From Alphaproteobacteria bacterium (GTDB taxonomy: Bacteria; Planctomycetota; Phycisphaerae; UBA1845), in NCBI GenBank assembly GCA_028285105.1, contig JANQQE010000015.1, forward strand, positions 85,881 to 149,880: DNA of 64,000 nucleotides, read 5' to 3'. Of this stretch, positions 31,700-39,325 are shown piece by piece. Under the pieces are notes generated by a model. The model worked only from the letters and a program-made list of their open reading frames with translations. It was not told the origin of the DNA and ran no database searches. The translations under genes were made by a program, and so were the position numbers. Every line of letters begins with the position of its first letter. Position 1 is the first letter of the stretch.

Positions 31700-32692
31700 A
31701 TGAACACTCCCTCAATCGATCTAAAACAACTGCTTGCCGACGCCAAAGAGACGCATCCTGGTGCTGCCCGTGCGATCGATCGCTTGATCACGCTGGCGCC
31801 GATGTTTCAAAGCGCTGCCCGCGACATGGCCGGTGCTTACGGCGAGACGTTTCTGCGACGCGCCGATGACCGCGTGGCCGAAATCGATTTTCTGTGCAAT
31901 GGCGACCCCGAGAAATTCGACGAAGCCATCCAAGCCTATGTGCGATTCTGTCTCGAGTTCGCGCGAAAGCAGGCAGAGTTTCTGAAAACGGGCAAATACT
32001 CGTTTCAGGATTTCGACGAGATGTGTTCCGAACTCTACGACGACGATGAAGCCGTTCAGAGTTTCTATCTGTTTGCGCTGCTGTTCAGCTTCATCTTCAG
32101 CCCGAATTACTACGAGTTCTACGATTTTTTCGAGACCGAATTTCTTTCGCACATAACGGATAATGGCACGATTTGCGAGGTCGGTTGCGGGCACGGCGTG
32201 TATTTGGGCCAAGCGCTTTCGACACATCCGAAGTCACAAGGCGTGGCGATCGATATATCGCCAGGCGCCTTGGAGGTTGCCAAGCGGATGCTCAATTTCC
32301 ACAAGATTGCCAGTGATCGCGTGGATTTCGCGCAGGATGATTTGCGAAAACGACTCAACCGCGACAAAGGCATGGCGCATGCGATCATCTGCTGCGAGGT
32401 CTTGGAGCATTTGCCCGACCCGCAGCACGCGCTGCACGAACTGCATCGAATACTTCGTCCCGGAGGGACCGCGCTGCTGTCGGCAGCGATCCGCATGGAA
32501 AGCGTCGACCATCTTTACGTCTTTCGCACGCCCGAGGAAGTCATCGAAATGATCGAACGCGCCGGATTGAAGTTGCAGGCGTCGCGCGTGGTACCGCTGG
32601 CCAAAGGCAACATGCAGGATGAAGAAGAGCGGCGAAAACTTGCCGAAGACCCGCGCGTACCTGTCGGATACATATGCCGGGCCTCCAAATAG
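31700..32692 (+). CDS. Class I SAM-dependent methyltransferase
   Basis: EVGCGHG, IDIS, EVLEHLPDP, LRPGG. Confidence 0.9.
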   Translation: MNTPSIDLKQLLADAKETHPGAARAIDRLITLAPMFQSAARDMAGAYGETFLRRADDRVAEIDFLCNGDPEKFDEAIQAYVRFCLEFARKQAEFLKTGKYSFQDFDEMCSELYDDDEAVQSFYLFALLFSFIFSPNYYEFYDFFETEFLSHITDNGTICEVGCGHGVYLGQALSTHPKSQGVAIDISPGALEVAKRMLNFHKIASDRVDFAQDDLRKRLNRDKGMAHAIICCEVLEHLPDPQHALHELHRILRPGGTALLSAAIRMESVDHLYVFRTPEEVIEMIERAGLKLQASRVVPLAKGNMQDEEERRKLAEDPRVPVGYICRASK

Positions 32693-32700
32693 ACATTGAA

Positions 32701-33588
32701 ATGGTTACAACTCGCAACATCACCGAGGGCGTTATCAACGCCATCAGCGTTGACGTCGAAGATTGGCTGCAATCGGCATTCGATTCGAAGCTACCTCTTA
32801 CCGATCGATTCAACGTCAACACTAGAAAAATACTCGAAGCGTTTGAAGCACGCGGCGTCAAGGGCACCTTTTTTGTCCTCGGTTTGGCGGCAAAGCAGGC
32901 CCCGGAAATGGTTCGCGAAATCTACGACGCTGGCCATGAAGTGCAATCTCATGGTTACGGCCATGAACTCGTCACAACCATTTCGCCCGAACATTTCAAG
33001 AACGATATTGAACGCTCCAAGAAGTTGCTGGAAGACATCATCGGTGTCGAGATTACCGGATACCGCGCACCGGCATTTACGATCACACAAAAAACACTCT
33101 GGGCACTCGACACCCTTCTGGACCTTGGATTCAAGTACGATTCCTCAATTTTTCCAGTCCTTATGAAGCGTTACGGCATCGATGGTGCACCGTGGTACCC
33201 ATACCTGGCCAAGACGCCCAAGGGCCGCGAGATTCTGGAATTGCCGGTCGGGTCATTTCAAGCAGCAGGTCGCAGGTGGGCTACGGGAGGCGGTGGTTAT
33301 TTTCGCCTGCTGCCCTATTCGATTCTGCGGCGCGCCGTGCGCCAGTTGAACGAGCAGAACCATTCCGCAACCATCTACATGCATCCCTACGAATACGACC
33401 CCATCGAGTTTGCTGAATTGGATTATCCGATTCCAATGAAGACGCGACTGCATCAAGGATTGGGGCGAAGGGGGTTTCCGGGAAAGGTCAACCGTTTGCT
33501 CACCGATTTTCGATTCGGGACCATGCAGGATGTCATCGACACACTCGGAGAATTAGAAACGCATGAACATCGTGGTCTTGACGACTAA
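32701..33588 (+). CDS. Polysaccharide deacetylase (PEP-CTERM/XrtA-associated type, DUF3473)
   Basis: SVDVEDW, TFFVLG, HEVQSHGYGH, GYRAPAF, YDSSIFP, GGGYFRLLPY, YMHPYEYDP. Confidence 0.9.
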   Translation: MVTTRNITEGVINAISVDVEDWLQSAFDSKLPLTDRFNVNTRKILEAFEARGVKGTFFVLGLAAKQAPEMVREIYDAGHEVQSHGYGHELVTTISPEHFKNDIERSKKLLEDIIGVEITGYRAPAFTITQKTLWALDTLLDLGFKYDSSIFPVLMKRYGIDGAPWYPYLAKTPKGREILELPVGSFQAAGRRWATGGGGYFRLLPYSILRRAVRQLNEQNHSATIYMHPYEYDPIEFAELDYPIPMKTRLHQGLGRRGFPGKVNRLLTDFRFGTMQDVIDTLGELETHEHRGLDD

Positions 33589-34345
33589 TGTTCAACAATA
33601 CTTGCCGGACTTCTTCGCGCGATTTCTCGAATCACGGGCCTGTGACACCAAAGCCGTTTATGTCGTACCGCCTCGCTATGGTAAAGAATCCACATCGGAT
33701 TTGGCCCGCAAGTACATCAAGGCATTCGGACTATGGAATTTCATACGAGTCGGAATGCGGACCGCGAAAGCCAAACTGCTCTACACCCTTCCCCAAATTG
33801 GACGAAACGGTTCATGCTACTCCATTCAAGCCGCATGCAAGCAGTATGGCGTTCCGTGCGAAGAAGCGGAAGACGTCAATTCCGAAGCGTTTCAAACCAA
33901 GTTGCGCGAGATGAAGACAGACCTGCTCGTCTCCGTCTCCTGTCCACAGTTGTTTCGCAAACCACTCATCGAACTTCCACCCAATGGCACGCTAAACGTC
34001 CACGGTGCCAAGCTTCCCAAGTACCGCGGAATCCTCCCCAGTTTCTGGATGATGGCCAACGGCGAAAAAGAAGCTGGCGTCACGGTCTTTCTCGTCAATG
34101 AAAATATTGATGCGGGTGACGTTGTCGAAAAGTCTGAGTTTCCGATCGAACCGAATGAGTCGTTGGATGGATTCATCAGGCGCAGTAAGTTGATTGCCTG
34201 CGACACACTTCTCCGCGCCATCAAGAAGATTGAAGATGGCCACTATCAAACTGATCCTCTAAGCATGAAAGACAGCAGTTACTTTTCATTTCCTACGAAA
34301 GACAGTTACCGACAATTCCGCAGGCGCGGACGACGGTTGTGGTAA
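33563..34345 (+). CDS. Formyltransferase (N10-formyl-THF dependent), probably a sugar N-formyltransferase
   Basis: LNVHGAKLPKYRG, GVTV, IDAGDV. Confidence 0.85.
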   Translation: MNIVVLTTNVQQYLPDFFARFLESRACDTKAVYVVPPRYGKESTSDLARKYIKAFGLWNFIRVGMRTAKAKLLYTLPQIGRNGSCYSIQAACKQYGVPCEEAEDVNSEAFQTKLREMKTDLLVSVSCPQLFRKPLIELPPNGTLNVHGAKLPKYRGILPSFWMMANGEKEAGVTVFLVNENIDAGDVVEKSEFPIEPNESLDGFIRRSKLIACDTLLRAIKKIEDGHYQTDPLSMKDSSYFSFPTKDSYRQFRRRGRRLW

Positions 34346-34476
34346 CGACACCACCGATCGGCTGGCATGGATTCGTGATTTTTGACGATCGGGGATACTT
34401 CGAAAATAGGTGATATTCGAATACAGGGGCTGCAATTCTTGCCCCATTTTCCAACTAAAATCGAGATACGACGTAC

Positions 34477-34914
34477 ATGATTCAAGTTAATCGAAATCCC
34501 GACCTGAATACTCTTCGATCGTTTGGTCTGGCGATGCTACTTGGATTTGGATTGCTCGGTGGCCTGCTTTGGTATGCCTGGCCTGACCCAAACAGTTTCG
34601 CTTGGCGAAGCGCTGGCGGTCAGAAACTGGCAATTGGTCTTTGGGCGGTGGGAACATTACTGGCGCTTGCGTCGATTGGACCTCGTGGTATCGCTGTGCC
34701 AGTGTATGTTGGCTGGATGACCATCGGTATGTTCTTAGGTGGCATTATGACGTTCATCATGATGAGTGCTTTATTTTTTGTCCTGCTCCCTGTCTTTTCA
34801 TTAATTCGATTCAAGAACCCGTTACGACTGAAACTGAAGCCACCGGGCGAAAGCTACTGGGAAGACTGTCGTGAACATGAACCTACCCTCGAAAGAACGG
34901 CAAGACCCTTTTAG
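34477..34914 (+). CDS. SxtJ-family membrane protein
   Basis: LRSFGL, VYVGWM, PLRLK...SYW, ends RPF; precedes carbamoyltransferase. Confidence 0.8.
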   Translation: MIQVNRNPDLNTLRSFGLAMLLGFGLLGGLLWYAWPDPNSFAWRSAGGQKLAIGLWAVGTLLALASIGPRGIAVPVYVGWMTIGMFLGGIMTFIMMSALFFVLLPVFSLIRFKNPLRLKLKPPGESYWEDCREHEPTLERTARPF

Positions 34915-34978
34915 CCCTACTACGGCGCGAATGCGACGATCAAAATCGTCACATTGCCGCTGAATCTAATTCGTGATC

Positions 34979-36745
34979 ATGCATGTTCTCGGCATATCTT
35001 GTTACTACCACGACTCGGGCGCGGCGCTAATTCGAGACGGACGGCTTATCGCCGCCGCCGAGGAAGAACGATTCAACCGCAGGAAGCACTACAGCGCGTT
35101 TCCGAATCTTGCAGTCGAGTACTGCCTGCGGGAGGCTGGCATCACCATCAAAGATGTCGACTACATCTGCTTCTATGAAAAGCCCCTTGTCAAATTCTCG
35201 CGCATTCTCGAAACGATTCTAACGCGTTGGCCGCGGACCTACTGGAATTGGGTCAAGAGCATGCCCATCTGGCTGATGACCAAGTTGCACATAGGACGCA
35301 CCATTCAGCGCGAACTGGACACTGACAAAGACATCCATTTCTGTACGCACCACCTGTCTCACGCAGCGAGCGCATTTTTGGTGTCGCCCTACAAAGAGTC
35401 GGCTATCATCACTGCTGACGGTGTCGGAGAATGGGCGACAACAGCATGGGGCGTGGGCTGTGGTACCAACATCGATCTGCAAAAAGAAATCAGCTTTCCG
35501 CATTCGGTTGGTCTGCTGTTCAGCGCTATCACTTCTTACCTGGGGTTTCGCGTCAACGACGCCGAGTGGAAAGTCATGGGCCTTGCGCCGTATGGCCAAC
35601 CCACCTACCTCGACAAATTTCGAGAAGTTGTCGATTTACGCACGGATGGAAGCTTTCGTCTGAACATGAAATATTTCACGCACACGCATTCCACCTCAAG
35701 AATGTTCAACCGGCGATGGGAAGAACTCTTTGGCCGGCGCATGCGAACGAAGGAAACCGAAATCGACCAATTCCACAAGGACATCGCCCATTCCGGTCAG
35801 AAAATGGTCGAAGAGATCATGGTCACAATGGCGACCCATGTTCGCAAGACGACGCAGATGGAGAATTTGTGCCTCGCTGGCGGTGTGGGACTCAATTGCG
35901 TGGCCAACTGGCGAATCTTACAGGAATCTGGATTCAAGAACATCTTCATCCAGCCGGCGGCTGGCGATTCCGGTGCAGCGTTGGGGGCTGCATTTTATTT
36001 GTACAACACCGTCTTGAAGAACCGGCGCAACTTCGAGATGCGGCACGCTTATTGGGGGCCGTCATTCGACGACGACTGCATTCGCAAGGCCCTGGAATTG
36101 TCGGGATTGTCGTTTACTTATCATGATCGTGAAGAAACCTTGCTTGAACAAACCGCTGAAGCCATCGACAGCGGCAAGGTGATCGCCTGGTATCAGGGTA
36201 GACTCGAATTCGGTCCACGCGCGCTGGGCAATCGCTCGCTTGTTGCCGACGCCCGCGACCCGAAGATGAAAGACATCATCAATGCAAAGGTAAAGTTTCG
36301 CGAAGCGTTCCGTCCGTTTGCTCCCAGCGTTCTTCGCGAACATGCCCACATCTACTTTGAAATGCCCGAGGGCATGGACGCACCGTTTATGTTGCTCGTT
36401 CCAAACGTCCGTCCCGAAAAGCGTGCGGAGGTTCCGGCGATCACCCACGAGGACGGTACCGGTCGCGTGCAGACCGTGACCGAAGAAGACAATGGACGCT
36501 ATTATCGACTCATCAAAGCATTTTACGACTGTACGGGAACACCCCTGGTTATCAACACTTCATTCAACGTCCGCGGCGAACCCATTGTGCTGTCGCCCGA
36601 AGATGCGATCCACACATTCATGAATACAGGCATCGATTGGCTGGTCATGGGCAATTTTGTGGTTTCGGAGAAACCCGATGCCGTCGATTACGAAGCCGGT
36701 ATGAAGCGAAGCATTGAACTTGAAGCCAGTTCACTGATGAAGTAG
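34979..36745 (+). CDS. Carbamoyltransferase (NodU/CmcH/SxtI family)
   Basis: LGISCYYHDS, EEERF, HHLSHAASAF, DGVGE, KVMGLAPYG, GGVGLNC, EFGPRALGNRS, KFREAFRPFAP, NTSFNVRGEP. Confidence 0.96.
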   Translation: MHVLGISCYYHDSGAALIRDGRLIAAAEEERFNRRKHYSAFPNLAVEYCLREAGITIKDVDYICFYEKPLVKFSRILETILTRWPRTYWNWVKSMPIWLMTKLHIGRTIQRELDTDKDIHFCTHHLSHAASAFLVSPYKESAIITADGVGEWATTAWGVGCGTNIDLQKEISFPHSVGLLFSAITSYLGFRVNDAEWKVMGLAPYGQPTYLDKFREVVDLRTDGSFRLNMKYFTHTHSTSRMFNRRWEELFGRRMRTKETEIDQFHKDIAHSGQKMVEEIMVTMATHVRKTTQMENLCLAGGVGLNCVANWRILQESGFKNIFIQPAAGDSGAALGAAFYLYNTVLKNRRNFEMRHAYWGPSFDDDCIRKALELSGLSFTYHDREETLLEQTAEAIDSGKVIAWYQGRLEFGPRALGNRSLVADARDPKMKDIINAKVKFREAFRPFAPSVLREHAHIYFEMPEGMDAPFMLLVPNVRPEKRAEVPAITHEDGTGRVQTVTEEDNGRYYRLIKAFYDCTGTPLVINTSFNVRGEPIVLSPEDAIHTFMNTGIDWLVMGNFVVSEKPDAVDYEAGMKRSIELEASSLMK

Positions 36746-36802
36746 AAATCTCCGTTTGGGAATGTTGCCCACGGTTGAGCACACCGCAGTCCGAGTTAAG
36801 TC

Positions 36803-36961
36803 ATGGCCAAGCAATCGCTGATCAAAGAATTCTTCGCGTTTATCAGGCACGAGAAGAAATGGTGGATGATTCCCCTGGTCACCGTTTTGTTGCTGGTCAG
36901 CGGGCTGATACTTTTTAGCAGTTCTTCACCCCTGGCCCCGTTTATTTATCCCCTGTTTTGA
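36803..36961 (+). CDS. DUF5989/SxtK-like small membrane protein (52 aa)
   Basis: Not in ORF track. Manual translation: MAKQSLIKEFFAFIRHEKKWWMIPLVTVLLLVSGLILFSSSSPLAPFIYPLF. KKWW..P and APFIY.LF signature; follows carbamoyltransferase. Confidence 0.88.
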   Translation: MAKQSLIKEFFAFIRHEKKWWMIPLVTVLLLVSGLILFSSSSPLAPFIYPLF

Positions 36962-37065
36962 CCTAAGATTTCAGCCGATAACATGCATGCTATCCAATCT
37001 TCGTACCTGCGTTGCAATTGCGTTCTCGACAAAGTGATTACTCAAAACCAATAGAGCGACCATCT

Positions 37066-38160
37066 ATGAAAATCATCAACATTTGCGGTGCCCGTCCAAA
37101 CTTCATGAAGATTGCACCGCTGATGCGGGCGTATAAGCATCACGAAAATATAGAGCCGATGCTGGTCCATACCGGTCAGCATTATGATGCGAACATGTCG
37201 GACCTTTTCTTCAAGCAACTGGGTATACCTGAACCAGACCTCAATCTCGAAATCGGGTCGGCCAGTCATGCTGTTCAAACAGCTGAAATCATGAAGCGGT
37301 TTGAAACTGTCGTGCTTGAAGAAAAACCCGATTGGGTCGTCGTTGTTGGAGATGTCAATAGTACCATCGCCTGCGCCATGGTGGCGACCAAACTTGGCAT
37401 CAAAGTCGCCCATGTCGAAGCCGGTTTGCGCAGTTTCGATCGTGACATGCCCGAAGAAATCAACCGCGTTCTGACCGATTCGATCTCGGACTTGTTGTTC
37501 GTGACCGAACCGAGCGGGATGGAAAATCTAAAGAACGAAGGCGTCGCCGATGACAAAGTTCACTTCGTCGGCAATGTGATGATCGACACGCTCCGCGCCA
37601 ACTTCGACAAAGCCCAAAAGTCGACGATCGTCGAATCATTGGGTTTGGAGGCAAAGGGATTCAACGTCGTCACGCTACATCGCCCCAGCAACGTTGACGA
37701 TCTCACCACGATGGGACGCATTGTCGATGTCATCGATGAAATTCAAAAAGACCTGCCGACCGTCTTTCCGATGCACCCTCGAACGAAACACAATCTCGGC
37801 AAACTCGGGCTGGCCGACCGATTGGAATCGATGGCCAACTTGAAAATCATTGAGCCTGTCGGTTACCTCGACTTCCTCAAACTCACCGGAAGTGCGGCGG
37901 TCGTTCTAACAGACTCTGGCGGAATTCAGGAAGAGACAACCATTCTTGGCGTTTGGTGTTTGACCCTTCGCGAAAACACCGAGCGCCCCGTGACCATCGA
38001 TCAGGGTACCAACACGCTGGTCGGAACCGACCCCAAGAAAATCCTCAATGCCTATCGCGATTGCCGCAGCAAGGAAGTAGGCGATGCCCAAACGCCCGAG
38101 AAGTGGGACGGGAAAGCGGCTGAACGCATCGCAGAAGTTCTCGCCAAGCAACCCACCTGA
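37066..38160 (+). CDS. wecB: Second UDP-N-acetylhexosamine 2-epimerase (GARPNFMK subtype)
   Basis: GARPNFMK, HTGQHYD, VGDVNST, HVEAGLRS, MPEEINR, TDSGGIQEE, WDGKAAERI. Confidence 0.93.
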   Translation: MKIINICGARPNFMKIAPLMRAYKHHENIEPMLVHTGQHYDANMSDLFFKQLGIPEPDLNLEIGSASHAVQTAEIMKRFETVVLEEKPDWVVVVGDVNSTIACAMVATKLGIKVAHVEAGLRSFDRDMPEEINRVLTDSISDLLFVTEPSGMENLKNEGVADDKVHFVGNVMIDTLRANFDKAQKSTIVESLGLEAKGFNVVTLHRPSNVDDLTTMGRIVDVIDEIQKDLPTVFPMHPRTKHNLGKLGLADRLESMANLKIIEPVGYLDFLKLTGSAAVVLTDSGGIQEETTILGVWCLTLRENTERPVTIDQGTNTLVGTDPKKILNAYRDCRSKEVGDAQTPEKWDGKAAERIAEVLAKQPT

Positions 38161-38233
38161 CGCTCTCCTGCGAACTGAATTGGATTCTATTGAGCCTGAC
38201 AGGGCAACCGGACTAACAGGGCAACCGGTTCGT

Positions 38234-39319
38234 TTAAGGCGAATCGAACGAAAGCCAAAACGCATTGGCGTCTTCCAAGTCAACATCGCCATCGACATCT
38301 GCATCGAACACATCCAGACAATCCGGCGACATGACAGGTGGTGACACTTGTGGACCTGCCAGGCAATCGTGCAAAAGCGCGTAGTCGGCTAGGTCGATAT
38401 CGCCATCGCAGTCCGAATCGCCTGTAGTTCCCGACTCAATAACCGTCGAGAAATGAAAAAAGTTCAGCAGGTTAATCGATCCGCCGGAAAGAAACGGCCC
38501 GCTGACCGAGTTATCGCCTGTGTCAATCAGCGAAAGGTTGTTGGCGTCGGCCACGAAAATGCCACCATCAGGCCCTTGTTCGAGTCCGATCGGAAAACCG
38601 AAGTTAATCGTTGTCAGGACAGTATCGGTGTCGAGATCGTACCGATAAACTGAATTGCTTGAAACAAAATACAGGTCGCCATTGTCGCCGAACTGTAAAC
38701 CAAACGTGTTGCCAACGGTCAATCCATCACCGCTATCGGCGAGAACTTCTTCAAATGCCCCAGTCGTCCCATTGTAGACGATGATGCTGGCGCTATACCT
38801 CCCGGCGACATAGAACCGACCATCCGGCCCGAAAGCCATTCCGCTGGGGCCATCCATTCCTCCTGCCCCCGCGCTGACAAACGCATCGATAAACGTTCCA
38901 TTTTGATCGTAGCGCAGCACCTCGTCGCTCGCCTGACTGGAAACATAGAGATTGCCATCCGGACCGACAAGGATATAGACGGGATCGTTCAGACCGCTGG
39001 CAGAGTCGATGAACACATCGATCAAAGCGCCAGAGTCGCGGTCGTAACGAAGGATCTCGTCTGTACCGAAGCTGGCTACCAATACATCGGTTCCGCGATC
39101 GAGAATCCCATGCGGTTCAACCAGCCCGGTGGCAGCCGCCACAGAAACGAACTCATCGATGTACTGTCCGGTTGTTGAGTCGTAGCGCAGCACCTCATGC
39201 CCAAAATCGCTACTGACGTAGAGAATGTTGCTCGGGCACTGAGGTGCAGCTAACACTTCTGCACATAATGCGGATAGAACCGCTGCCCCCACTCTCACCG
39301 AACGAACACCGATTTTCAT
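38234..39319 (-). CDS. Secreted NHL/Vgb-like beta-propeller protein with C-terminal dockerin-like module
   Basis: Signal peptide; repeats VLRYD..TG..ID.FV and GPDG.LYV; C-terminal GDSDCDGDIDLADY...DADVDGDVDLED. Confidence 0.8.
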   Translation of the reverse strand: MKIGVRSVRVGAAVLSALCAEVLAAPQCPSNILYVSSDFGHEVLRYDSTTGQYIDEFVSVAAATGLVEPHGILDRGTDVLVASFGTDEILRYDRDSGALIDVFIDSASGLNDPVYILVGPDGNLYVSSQASDEVLRYDQNGTFIDAFVSAGAGGMDGPSGMAFGPDGRFYVAGRYSASIIVYNGTTGAFEEVLADSGDGLTVGNTFGLQFGDNGDLYFVSSNSVYRYDLDTDTVLTTINFGFPIGLEQGPDGGIFVADANNLSLIDTGDNSVSGPFLSGGSINLLNFFHFSTVIESGTTGDSDCDGDIDLADYALLHDCLAGPQVSPPVMSPDCLDVFDADVDGDVDLEDANAFWLSFDSP

Positions 39320-39325
39320 TTCGGC

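Noticed and set aside
34477-36961. Saxitoxin biosynthesis cluster
   Set aside because: Only sxtI/J/K-like genes are present, with no sxtA/G/B in the window and a polysaccharide context.
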